Below, piece by piece: positions 34,427 to 46,209 of a stretch of DNA of 64,000 nt (its first letter is position 1; the number at the start of each line of letters is the position of its first letter). The notes under the pieces were generated by a model that worked only from the letters and a program-made list of their open reading frames with translations, made no database searches and was not told where the DNA came from. The translations under genes and the position numbers were made by a program. The DNA is from Nannocystis bainbridge (lineage in GTDB: Bacteria > Myxococcota_A > Polyangia > Nannocystales > Nannocystaceae), in the NCBI RefSeq assembly GCF_028368995.1, contig NZ_JAQNDL010000002.1, positions 1,152,001 to 1,216,000 of the forward strand. Reading direction: 5' to 3'.

Positions 34427-35577
34427 CGCTGCCGGATTTCGGCTCGGACACGGCGCGCGGGCTGTTCTCGATGGCGCTGCGGCGGGCGCTGACGGAGCTC
34501 GTGCGGCTGCCCGCGGGGCCGGGGCCGAACGGGGCGGCGTGGGGGCGGTTTGCGCCCGAGCTGCGGCGGATCGCCGGGCGAGCGCCGGGGGCTCTTGCGA
34601 GCGCGGTGCGACGGCCGACGATCGGGACGCTGATCCGCTGCCTGCGCGGGCGGCCCGACCCGGCGCTGCAGGGCGAGCTGCTGGCGACGCTGGCGCTCGA
34701 GCTGGCGGTGGCGGGTGTGCTCGAGGACAGGTGCGTCGTGCCGCAGCCGCCGGCCGAGGTGCTGTGCCTGGCCGCGCGCTGCGCCCTGCGGCCGCCGCCG
34801 GGCCCGCTGACGATCGGGCCGGGCGGGTGGCAGGCGGGCGGGGTCGGCGGGGCGATCGCAGAGGACTTCGGGACATGTGCTTCGGAGCATGTCGTGAAGG
34901 ACATGTACGAGAGCGTCGCGGGGCCGGTCGCGCTGGCGCTGCGGCGCGACAACAACCCGCTGGCGCAGCTCGAGGCGCACCCCGACAAGTCGGGCAGTGG
35001 GCTCGATCTCGGGGGGCAGCCGGTCGCGGCCTGGGTGGCGGGGCTGCGCGCGGGGCTCGAGCAAATCGCGGCGCACCTGCCGGGGCTGCGGGCAGAGCTC
35101 GACGTCGGGCTGTCGCTGATCGTGCCGGTCGGTCACGACCGAGAACGGCACCTGTCGGCGTCGTACCAGGAGGCGATCGGGACGGTCTACCTGAGCCTGC
35201 ACCCGAGCGCGCTCACCCTGGCGGAGGCGCTGATCCACGAGTTCTCGCACAACAAGCTCCACGCGCTGCTCGAGCAGGGGCCGCTGCTCGAGAACGCCTG
35301 GTCGCCGCTGTACGCCTCGCCGGTGCGGCCCGACCCGCGGCCGCTGCACGGGGTGCTGCTGGCGGCCCACGCGTTCCTGCCGGTGGCGGCGATGCTCGAG
35401 TCGATGCTGTCCTCCGGGACAGGCGAGGTCGAGGGCCGGCTGCAGCAGGTGGCGCGCGGCAACCACGAGGCGGTCGAGACGCTGCGGCTGCACGCGCGGC
35501 CGACGGCCCTGGGGGCGCCGCTGCTGGCCGAGATGACGCGGCTCGACGATCGCTTCCGGCGCTGGTGGGAGGGCTGA
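34411..35577 (+). CDS. HExxH-motif peptide-modifying protein (alphaKG-HExxH beta-hydroxylase-like)
   Basis: SASYQEAIGTVYLS, LAEALIHEFSHNKLH, YASPVRPDPRPLHGVLLAAHAF; GTG start overlaps the upstream gene. Confidence 0.85.
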   Translation: MLADLTLPDFGSDTARGLFSMALRRALTELVRLPAGPGPNGAAWGRFAPELRRIAGRAPGALASAVRRPTIGTLIRCLRGRPDPALQGELLATLALELAVAGVLEDRCVVPQPPAEVLCLAARCALRPPPGPLTIGPGGWQAGGVGGAIAEDFGTCASEHVVKDMYESVAGPVALALRRDNNPLAQLEAHPDKSGSGLDLGGQPVAAWVAGLRAGLEQIAAHLPGLRAELDVGLSLIVPVGHDRERHLSASYQEAIGTVYLSLHPSALTLAEALIHEFSHNKLHALLEQGPLLENAWSPLYASPVRPDPRPLHGVLLAAHAFLPVAAMLESMLSSGTGEVEGRLQQVARGNHEAVETLRLHARPTALGAPLLAEMTRLDDRFRRWWEG

Positions 35578-35578
35578 G

Positions 35579-36508
35579 GTGCCGGGGCTGCTCGACATGA
35601 TCCTCGGCTACGACTGCAACCTGTGGTGCGACTACTGCACGATCGGTCCGGAGCTGCGCGGGCGGGCGATGTCGACGGCGCACGCGCTGGCGTCGCTGCG
35701 GCAGGGGCGGGCGCAGGGGCTCGACGCGCTGTCGCTCACGGGCGGCGAGCCGACGATCCGCCCCGACCTGCTGACGATCGTGCGCGCCGGTCGGACGCTC
35801 GGGTTCGTCGACATCAAGGTGCAGTCGAACGGGCTGATGTACGCGCACGGCGACAACCTGGCGCGGCTGCTCGCGGCCGGGGCGACGCGGCTGCATGTGT
35901 CGGTGCACACCCACCGGGCCGACCGCTACGAGCAGCTGGTCCGAAGGACAGGTACGTACGCGGCCATGGTCGGCGGGCTGCAGCGGGCGGTCGAGAGCGG
36001 GGCGGCGCTGGTCGTCGACCTGATCGTCAAGCGCGATACGATGGCCGACCTGCCGGCGGCGATCGAGTGGCTGGGCGAGCTCGGGGTGCGCGCGGTCGAC
36101 CTCTGGTACGTGTCGCTGACCGACGCCAACGCGGCCCACCCCGAGTCGCTGCCGCGCATGACCGAGGCGCTGCCGTTCGTGAAGGAGGCGCTGGCGCGCG
36201 GGCGCGAGCAGGCGATGACGCTGCGCTCGCTGCACGTGCCGCGCTGTCTGTTGGGTGAGGATCATCCGCACGCGTGGGACCCCGGCGCCGACGAGGTGGT
36301 GGTGGTGACGCCGGAGGCCACGTTCGCGCTGAAGGACAGCCGCCTGGCCGGGCGGGTCAAGGTGCCGGCGTGCGCGGGCTGTCCTTTCGAGCAGGTCTGT
36401 CCGGGCGTGCGGCCGGACTACCTGGCGCGCTTCGGCGACGGCGAGATCGCGGCGGCGCGCGGACAAGCGGCCTCGCGCGGACCGACGCACCTGCCGATCG
36501 CGCCGTGA
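35579..36508 (+). CDS. Radical SAM enzyme (HxsC-like) with C-terminal CX2CX5C
   Basis: CNLWCDYC, TGGEPTIR, VQSNG, PRCLLG, CAGCPFEQVCPG. Confidence 0.9.
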   Translation: MPGLLDMILGYDCNLWCDYCTIGPELRGRAMSTAHALASLRQGRAQGLDALSLTGGEPTIRPDLLTIVRAGRTLGFVDIKVQSNGLMYAHGDNLARLLAAGATRLHVSVHTHRADRYEQLVRRTGTYAAMVGGLQRAVESGAALVVDLIVKRDTMADLPAAIEWLGELGVRAVDLWYVSLTDANAAHPESLPRMTEALPFVKEALARGREQAMTLRSLHVPRCLLGEDHPHAWDPGADEVVVVTPEATFALKDSRLAGRVKVPACAGCPFEQVCPGVRPDYLARFGDGEIAAARGQAASRGPTHLPIAP

Positions 36509-36510
36509 GG

Positions 36511-36641
36511 CGCGCGGGCAGGGGGCGACCGACCGAGCGCGCCATGACGACGCGCGGGCAGGGGGCGACCGACCGAGCGCGCCATGACGACGCGCGGGCA
36601 GGGGGCGACCGACCGAGCGCGCCATGACGACGCGCGGGCAG
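36511..36641. repeat. Perfect 40-bp tandem repeat, 3.25 copies
   Basis: cgcgcgggcagggggcgaccgaccgagcgcgccatgacga x3, followed by a duplicated gggccgactctgctgccgat (36652, 36694). Confidence 0.95.
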
Positions 36642-36776
36642 AGTGGCGTGCGGGCCGACTCTGCTGCCGATAGCGCGGGCAGGGGCGCTTTGTGGGCCGA
36701 CTCTGCTGCCGATCGCGTCGTGATGCCGCGGCGCTCGGCAGTTCGGTAGCGGTCGGGCGGCTCGCCGGGTTTCACA

Positions 36777-36837
36777 TGTCGCGGAGGACATGCGCGAGAG
36801 GACATGTCCCCGACGACCTGGCGCCCGGGACATGTCC
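36777..36837. repeat. Phased 14-bp element array downstream of uvrA
   Basis: TGTCGcggaGGACA TGCGCgagaGGACA TGTCCccgaCGACC TGGCGcccgGGACA TGTCC. Confidence 0.85.
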
Positions 36838-36852
36838 CTCGCTGAGGACGAC

Positions 36853-39783
<2,931 letters not shown>

Positions 39784-39929
39784 GGCCGCGCCCCTGTGCA
39801 GGTGAAAGTTTGCGCACGGGTGCAGGTGTTCAGGTGCGATCGCGCTCAGTCCGCAAACCGGCTCCAGGGCCGGCGTCGACTTCAAAGCTTCTCAAGCGCG
39901 CCGGCTGCCCCTATTAACAAGGGCCCCGC

Positions 39930-40009
39930 GCCCGGGTGGTGGAATCGGTAGACACAGGGGACTTAAAATCCCCGGCGCAAGCGTGCGGGTTCGAGTCCCG
40001 CCCCGGGCA
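39930..40009 (+). tRNA. tRNA-Leu(TAA)
   Basis: GCCCGGG/CCCGGGC acceptor, gggga-ctTAAaa-tcccc anticodon arm, variable arm, GGTTCGAGTCC; CCA not encoded. Confidence 0.96.
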
Positions 40010-40101
40010 CATCGGATCCTGGCCGCCGTCGGCCACGATCCCGACGCGGCGAGAGCGGCGGCGATCGCGGCGCCCCGCCGCGGTCGGGGCGGCGAGTTCG
40101 G

Positions 40102-40266
40102 CGTCGCGGCGGACATGGCCTTGCGAACATGTCCTTCAGGGCATGGCCGCAGAGGCATGTCGACACGAGGTGATTCTGCTGTCTCTTCGGGCATGTCCTT
40201 CGGGGCATGGTCGAAGGGTCATGCGGCGCTCGGGGACCTGCCTCGCGCCATATGGCCTGCGGGACA
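40102..40266. repeat. Several phased 14-bp element arrays between tRNA-Leu and the convergent lipoprotein gene
   Basis: TGGCCttgcGAACA TGTCCttcaGGGCA TGGCCgcagAGGCA; TGTCTcttcGGGCA TGTCCttcgGGGCA TGGTCgaagGGTCA; TGGCCtgcgGGACA. Confidence 0.85.
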
Positions 40267-40268
40267 GG

Positions 40269-41366
40269 TCAGGGCTTGAAGGCGTCGGCCAGCCACAGCC
40301 AGCGGAACTCGCACTGCGCGGGCGGGGCGGCCCAGGAGCGCAGGTTGTAGAAGCTGCCGGCGATCGTCTCGACCTGGTCGTGGTTCTGGTCGAACAGCGG
40401 GATCTTGGCCGGCTTGGCCTCCGCGATGCCGGCGACGACCGGCTCGCCGACGAACTGGCCGACGAGCTCGTAGCTGCCGGGCGGGCTGCCGCAGGAGGTG
40501 TTGCCGGCGCACGGGGCGACGAGGTCGGCCTCGACGCCGAACTCGAGCACCTCGGGCCACGGGGCCGGCAGCAGCTCGGTGCTCCCCACGCCGGCGGCGG
40601 CGACGAACAGGCTCGAGGCGAGGTTGTTGAGGTTGCCCGGCCTGGCGAAGCGGACGATGCGGGTGTTGCAGGTGTTGGGGTCGGCGAAGCCGGTGCCGAC
40701 GTAGCCGACCATCAAACAGGTGCCGATGGCGATGTCGGGCAAGTGGGTGGCGGGCGCGTCGACGTGCACGGTGATGGTCTGGTTGGCGAGGCACTGGGTG
40801 TTGCCCTGCACGCAGTCCTGGGCCGAGTTGCAGGCGCGGACCTTGTAGGTGCCGGCGCTGGGCTTGGCCTCGAGCACGCCCTGGATGATCGGGCCGAGCG
40901 GGGCGTTGCAGCCCTGCGGGGCGGGGCTGTGCTGGACGGTGACGGCGAGGGTCGGGGCGTCGACCTGCGAACACAGGTCGGGCTGGCCGAGGTCGAGCTT
41001 GGGCTCCGTGGTGTCGCCGATGGTCGTGCTGGCGGTCGCGTCGCTGTCGGAGCTGCTCGTCGCCAGCGTGTCGCCGTCGGTGGTGGTGTCCGGCGCGGTG
41101 GTCACGGGCGCGGTGGTGCCGGTGCTCGCGGGGGCGGTGGTGTCGCTGGTGCCGCCGTGGGTGGTGCTCGGGTCGGTGGCGCTCGAGCCGCCGCTGCCGG
41201 TCGCATCGCTGGTGCTGACGGTGCTCGATCCGGCGCTCGTGGAGCTCAGGGAATCGCCGGAGCTGCTGTCGAGGTGGCCCTGGGTGGCGTGATAGGCCGG
41301 GTTGGGCATCGTGCAGGCCGCGAGGAGGACGATGCAGAGGCCAGGCGAGCAGATCGGGCGGCGCAT
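40269..41366 (-). CDS. Lipoprotein with a Ser/Thr-rich stalk and Cys-containing C-terminal domain
   Basis: Lipobox LAAC, long S/T linker, KLDLG motif, paired cysteines. Confidence 0.8.
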   Translation of the reverse strand: MRRPICSPGLCIVLLAACTMPNPAYHATQGHLDSSSGDSLSSTSAGSSTVSTSDATGSGGSSATDPSTTHGGTSDTTAPASTGTTAPVTTAPDTTTDGDTLATSSSDSDATASTTIGDTTEPKLDLGQPDLCSQVDAPTLAVTVQHSPAPQGCNAPLGPIIQGVLEAKPSAGTYKVRACNSAQDCVQGNTQCLANQTITVHVDAPATHLPDIAIGTCLMVGYVGTGFADPNTCNTRIVRFARPGNLNNLASSLFVAAAGVGSTELLPAPWPEVLEFGVEADLVAPCAGNTSCGSPPGSYELVGQFVGEPVVAGIAEAKPAKIPLFDQNHDQVETIAGSFYNLRSWAAPPAQCEFRWLWLADAFKP

Positions 41367-41554
41367 GATGCGAGGCTAGTCGGCGCCCGTGCGCGGGGGC
41401 AAGGGCAACGACGCGCCGGCGCAATTTCGCCCGTGGGACCGCTGCGCGGCGGATTGGCTGGATCTGGAGGGAATGGACCTGGCGGAAGGGACAGGTCGCG
41501 CGAGGTGGGGGCTTCTGGCGACGACATGTCCCGGGGCTCGTGACGCGCACGAGC

Positions 41555-41802
41555 GATATGTCGGAAGGGACAGGTCGTGTGCTCGCGGCGGGTGAGGTTG
41601 ATATGTCGGAATGGACAGGTCGTTCGCTCGCGGCGGCGAGGTCGACATGTCGCAAGGGACAGGTACATCGTGCTCGCGGCGGGTGAGGTTGATATGTCAG
41701 AAGGGACAGGTCGTGCGCTCGCGGCGGGCGAGGCCGACATGTCGCAAGGGATAGGTCGTTCGCTCGCGGCGGTCATGTCGACATATCGCAAGGGACAGGT
41801 CG
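41555..41802. repeat. About 45-bp tandem repeat, 5.5 copies, each carrying one 14-bp element
   Basis: gaYatgtcgSaagggacaggtcgt..gctcgcggcgg.gagg starting at 41555, 41600, 41644, 41691, 41736, 41780. Confidence 0.9.
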
Positions 41803-41811
41803 CAGGGAAAC

Positions 41812-43218
41812 TCAGGCGGGCGGGTTGTTCTCGGCGAAGGCCAGGTGGAGGACCATGCGGGCGCCGTCGGTGTGGCGGGTGTCGAGGGCGAGGCGGCCGC
41901 CCGACCCCTCGGTGAGGCCGCGAGCGATCGCAAGGCCGAGGCCGGCGCCCTCGTGGCTGCCTTCGCCGCCGGCGCCGCGGAAGAACGGGGTGAAGATGTG
42001 CGGCTGATCCTCGACGGGGACCCCCGGACCCTGATCGACGACGGCGAGCTCGACGCCGCCGTCGACGACGACGACCTCGACGCGGACCTCGCCGCCGGGC
42101 GGGCTGTGGACGACGGCGTTGTCGATCAGGTTGCGCAGGGCGCGGGCGAGGTCGGCCGCGGCGCCGCGCACCTCGACCGGGAACTCGGCGATCGCGGGCG
42201 GGACGGTGATGGTGACGCCGCCCTCGGCGTGGCCGCGGGCCATTCGCACGGCCTCGCGCACGACGTCGGCGACTTTGGCTCGCGCGCGCGTGGCCGGGGC
42301 GCCGCCCTGGGCGCGAGCGAGCCGCAGCAGATCCTCGGCGAGGGCGATGAGGGCGTCGACCGAGGACAGCATCTCGCGCAGCGCGGCGCGGTACTCGTCG
42401 GCGTCGCGCTCGCGTCGCAGGGCCAGCTGCAGCTCGCCGCGCAGGGTGGCCAGCGGCGAGCGCAGCTCGTGGGCGGCGTGGGAGATGAAGCGCCGCTGCG
42501 ACGACACGACCTCGTCGAGGCGGCTGATCATGTGGTCGAGGTCGGAGGCGAGCGAGCGGGTCTCGTCGGCGCCCATGACCCGCGGGTCGCCGACGCGCGC
42601 GGCGAGGTCCCCCTCGGCGACCAGGCGCGCGACGTGAGCGACCGAGTGGACGTCGCGGGCGAGCCGCTCGCCGAGCAGGCGGGCGATCAGGGCGGTGGCG
42701 GCGGCGGCACAGACGAAGATGAGGAGGAGCAGCTCGAACAGGGCGTTGGTGTCGTCCTCGACGGTGCTCTTGCTGACGGCGTAGAGCAGGGCCTCGCCCT
42801 GATCGCCGGTCGGCATGACGACGCCGCGGAGCCGCGTCTCGCCGAGCTCGAGGTCGACGGCCATGCCGTCCCACGGCAAGGCGCGCCGCAGACCGAGCGC
42901 CTCGAGCGAGGCGGGGGCCTGGCCGACGAAGCTCTCGGACGAGGTCTCGAGCAGGGTGTCGGGGCCGTAGATCGCGGTGTAGCGCGGGGTCGGATCGATG
43001 CTCTCGGGCACGTCGGCGTGGCCCTCGTCGAGCGGGTGGCCGGCGTAGTAGGTGCCGGGCAGGTGCTGGGCGAGGGCGGTGGCCTGGCGGAACAGGGCGT
43101 TGTCGAGGTCGGAGATCTCGAGCGCGCGGATCAGCAGGTAGAGCGGGACGAACGACAGCGCGAGGGCGACGACGGTGACGCCTGTGACCGCGGCGACCAG
43201 GCGGTTGCGGAGCTTCAT
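41812..43218 (-). CDS. Sensor histidine kinase (HAMP-HisKA-HATPase)
   Basis: Two TM helices, HAMP, AAHELRSPL, RNLIDNA, DQGPG, GAGLGLAI. Confidence 0.95.
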   Translation of the reverse strand: MKLRNRLVAAVTGVTVVALALSFVPLYLLIRALEISDLDNALFRQATALAQHLPGTYYAGHPLDEGHADVPESIDPTPRYTAIYGPDTLLETSSESFVGQAPASLEALGLRRALPWDGMAVDLELGETRLRGVVMPTGDQGEALLYAVSKSTVEDDTNALFELLLLIFVCAAAATALIARLLGERLARDVHSVAHVARLVAEGDLAARVGDPRVMGADETRSLASDLDHMISRLDEVVSSQRRFISHAAHELRSPLATLRGELQLALRRERDADEYRAALREMLSSVDALIALAEDLLRLARAQGGAPATRARAKVADVVREAVRMARGHAEGGVTITVPPAIAEFPVEVRGAAADLARALRNLIDNAVVHSPPGGEVRVEVVVVDGGVELAVVDQGPGVPVEDQPHIFTPFFRGAGGEGSHEGAGLGLAIARGLTEGSGGRLALDTRHTDGARMVLHLAFAENNPPA

Positions 43219-43877
43219 GCCTCGTTTTGCCAGCGGTAGCCGACGCCGCGTACGGTCTCGATGCGGGCGGCGTGCTCGCCCAGCTTGGTGCGCAGGTTCT
43301 TGACGTGGACCTCGACGACGTTGGAGCCGGGATCGAAGGACAGCTCCCAGACTTTCTGCAGCAGCTCGGTGCGCGGGACGACGCGCCCGGCCTCGCGCAC
43401 GAGGTAGCTGAGCAGCAAGAACTCGCGCGGGGTGAGGTCGAGCCGGCGGCCGGAGAGGGTCACGGTGCGCTCGTGACGATCGATGCGCACGGGGCCGACC
43501 TCGAGGTAGCGATCGCCGTGGCCGCGCCGGCCGAGCGCGCGCACGCGGGCCAGCAGCTCGCCGAGGTCGAACGGCTTGGGCAGGAAATCGTCGGCGCCGG
43601 CGTCGAGGCCGGCGACGCGCTCCTGGATCTCCGCGCGCGCGGTCAGCATGAGGATCGGCATGGTGGCGCCGGTCGAGCGCAGGGTCCGGCACACGGTCAG
43701 GCCGTCGACCGAGGGCAGCATCCAGTCGAGGATCACGAGGTCGTAGCTGATGCTGCGGCTCTGGGTGATGGCGACGCCGCCGTCCTCGACCAGGTCGACG
43801 ACGTAGCCCTCCTCGGCCAGCGCGCGCAGCAGGAAGCTGGCGAGCTTCTTGTTGTCCTCGACGATGAGGATCTTCAT
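43215..43877 (-). CDS. OmpR-family response regulator
   Basis: KILIVEDN, DLVILDWMLP, GADDFLPKPF, ETVRGVGY. Confidence 0.96.
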   Translation of the reverse strand: MKILIVEDNKKLASFLLRALAEEGYVVDLVEDGGVAITQSRSISYDLVILDWMLPSVDGLTVCRTLRSTGATMPILMLTARAEIQERVAGLDAGADDFLPKPFDLGELLARVRALGRRGHGDRYLEVGPVRIDRHERTVTLSGRRLDLTPREFLLLSYLVREAGRVVPRTELLQKVWELSFDPGSNVVEVHVKNLRTKLGEHAARIETVRGVGYRWQNEA

Positions 43878-44081
43878 CGCGCGGATGATAGCGCCGGTCG
43901 TGCCGGGCGGCGGGGTGGCCGGGCCGCAGGCGCGTCCGCCCCGCGCTCCGGCGGCGCGACCCGAGCGAGCGCGGGCGGGCATCGGCGGGCCCCGGAAGCT
44001 TGAGCGCAAATCGCGCTATCGGTCGCTGGCCAGGGCTTCGCGTCCCGCCGCGTCCGACTCGCGGCGGCGGGCAAAGCGGGT

Positions 44082-44672
44082 ATGCTTGCACCCGTGACGC
44101 GCGCCTCCAGACGTCTCGCGCTCGCGCTGCTGCTCGTGAGCGCCGCCTGCATCCCCTCCGGCGAGCTCGTCGCGCTCGACGGCAGTCACCGCATGTTGGC
44201 CCGCGACCCGCAGTCGGGGCTGTCCGTGGTGCTGACGACGGGGGCGTGGCAGGGGATCCCGAGCGACCTCGACGAGCAGGTGACGGTGGTCCACGTGCTG
44301 GTCGCCAACCTCGGCAACCGGCCGATCCGGCTCGCGCCCGGCGACATCGACCTGATCGACGAGCGCGGCTTCCGGCGCGATCTCCTCGACGCCGGCGGCT
44401 CGTTCGTCCAGTCGGGGCAGAACGACAACGGCTATCACCCCGGCCGGCAGCTCGACTTCGGTCGCATCGAGTGGGTCGGCGGCGACGTGGCAGCGTCGGC
44501 GCTGCCGTGGGGCGTGCTGGTGCCCGGGACTTCGATGCGCGGCTACGTGTACTTCGAGAAGGTCGATCGAGCCAACGCGGCGACCCTCACCTGGCACTTC
44601 CACGACCGCGACAGCCGTCCGGTCGTCGATCTCACCTTCGACATGTACGTCGCCCGTGGCTCGCGTACGTGA
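44082..44672 (+). CDS. Hypothetical lipoprotein
   Basis: Signal peptide ending SAAC; beta-rich domain (VLVPGTSMRGYVYF). Confidence 0.75.
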   Translation: MLAPVTRASRRLALALLLVSAACIPSGELVALDGSHRMLARDPQSGLSVVLTTGAWQGIPSDLDEQVTVVHVLVANLGNRPIRLAPGDIDLIDERGFRRDLLDAGGSFVQSGQNDNGYHPGRQLDFGRIEWVGGDVAASALPWGVLVPGTSMRGYVYFEKVDRANAATLTWHFHDRDSRPVVDLTFDMYVARGSRT

Positions 44673-44676
44673 GTCC

Positions 44677-46080
44677 GTGACCCGCGGCCGGACGAGCCGC
44701 AGGGGCCCGAGCTGTCTCTCGGGGCTGGTGCTCGCGTGCGCCGCGACGGCGGGGCTCCACGCGCGCCCGGCCGCGGCGGGCAACCGAGAGACCAACCCGA
44801 TGAGCAACGAGGCGGCGCTGGCCGGCGGGGCGGTGACGGCCCTCGGGCGCGACACCGGGGCCATCTACTACAACCCGGCCGGGCTCGGGGCGGTGCGGCG
44901 GACGCAGTTCAACCTGTCGACCCAGGCGGGCCAGTTCCGGGCCCGCATCGTGCCGTACGCGGCGGTCGCCGACCTGCCGGGCGGCGCCCGCGATCCGGCG
45001 ACGCTGAGCAGCTTGCAGGCGCTGGTGATGCCGTCGTCGCTGGCGGTGACGCGCCACGTCGGCCACGGGGTGACGCTCGGGATCGGCTACTTCGCGCCCG
45101 ACTACGACTACTACGACTACTCGGCGTCGCTGCGCGGGGCCGGCGGCGGCACCGAGTACGACGCGCGGGTGCAGGTCGACGGCTGGATCTACCGCTACCA
45201 CGCGGGGCCGGCGATCGGCTGGCAGCCGCACCCGCGGTTCCGCATCGGCGCGACGCTGTTCGGCACCTACGGCTGGCAGCGCGAGGAGATGCGGATGTGG
45301 ATCGACGCCGCCTCGGGCACCCAGGACGCGCGCACCGACGCCACCCGCACGGTCGACTACGACAACAAGCGCTCGATCTTCGGCGGCGAGGCGGTGATCG
45401 GTCTGCAGTGGGAGTTCGTCAAGAACGTCCACCTCGGCCTGACCTATCGGACACCTCGCTTCGTCGGCTTCGAGTCGCACCGCAGCTACGTGCTCAGCAC
45501 CTCCAACGTCGACCGGCCGACCGGCGACGACGAGTACAAGTTCGAGTTCGACGACTCGCCGTCGCCGTCGCGGCGGGGGCGAGTGGCGCCGATGCGACTC
45601 ACGATGGGCGTCGCCTACGCGCTGCCGAAGCGGCGCGGGTGGGTCAGCGGCGAGATGGACTTCAGCCCGGGGCTGCAGCCGAAGGGCACCGACATCAACA
45701 TCCGCCCGCTGTGGAACGTGCGCGCCGGGGCCCGCCTGCGCACGGCGGAGCGGCTGTACTTCGGCCTCGGCGTGTTCTCGGACCGCGACGACCAGGTCCA
45801 CACTTCGACGTTCCCGCAGTTCCGCATCAACTATTACGGGATGACGACCGGGGTCGAGTTCTTCTCGCCGGTCCGGCTGGGCAAGGGCGAGCGGGCCCGC
45901 AGCATCGTGTTCTCGACCTGCATCGCCGTCCGCTACAGCTACGGCCGGGGCTCGGCGGCGCAGATCATCTTCGACCTGCGCGACGCGCCGAGCGGCCGCG
46001 TGGACTACAACATCGGCACGGTCGACCGGGTGGCGTTCCACCTGTTCGCCGGCCACCTCGGCATGGGCACGTACTTCTAG
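44677..46080 (+). CDS. OmpP1/FadL-family outer-membrane beta-barrel transporter
   Basis: Signal peptide, AALAGGAVTA...AIYYNPAGL (FadL N-terminal NPA motif), beta strands, C-terminal YF; start uncertain. Confidence 0.75.
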   Translation: MTRGRTSRRGPSCLSGLVLACAATAGLHARPAAAGNRETNPMSNEAALAGGAVTALGRDTGAIYYNPAGLGAVRRTQFNLSTQAGQFRARIVPYAAVADLPGGARDPATLSSLQALVMPSSLAVTRHVGHGVTLGIGYFAPDYDYYDYSASLRGAGGGTEYDARVQVDGWIYRYHAGPAIGWQPHPRFRIGATLFGTYGWQREEMRMWIDAASGTQDARTDATRTVDYDNKRSIFGGEAVIGLQWEFVKNVHLGLTYRTPRFVGFESHRSYVLSTSNVDRPTGDDEYKFEFDDSPSPSRRGRVAPMRLTMGVAYALPKRRGWVSGEMDFSPGLQPKGTDINIRPLWNVRAGARLRTAERLYFGLGVFSDRDDQVHTSTFPQFRINYYGMTTGVEFFSPVRLGKGERARSIVFSTCIAVRYSYGRGSAAQIIFDLRDAPSGRVDYNIGTVDRVAFHLFAGHLGMGTYF

Positions 46081-46106
46081 CGCGGGGGTGCCGGTCGCTC
46101 GGGACA

Positions 46107-46188
46107 TGTCTCGCGAGACATGGCTCAGAGGACATGGGCTTTCGAGCAGGATACGAAGATGCCTCTCGGGACATGTCCCGAGAGGCAT
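46107..46188. repeat. Phased 14-bp arrays between convergent genes, including a 30-bp perfect palindrome
   Basis: TGTCTcgcgAGACA TGGCTcagaGGACA TGGGCtttcGAGCA; atgcctctcgggaca|tgtcccgagaggcat (46159-46188). Confidence 0.9.
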
Positions 46189-46209
46189 GATCGGAGGCCC
46201 GCGAGGCCC

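Noticed and set aside
39797-39836. LexA box upstream of uvrA
   Set aside because: Only the GTTCAGG half resembles the Myxococcus LexA consensus as I recall it; the other half does not fit, so it is not supportable without a PWM.
41555-41802. CRISPR array interpretation of the ~45-bp repeats (and of the 14-bp arrays)
   Set aside because: There are no unique 30-40 bp spacers, the repeats are degenerate, and no cas genes were found.
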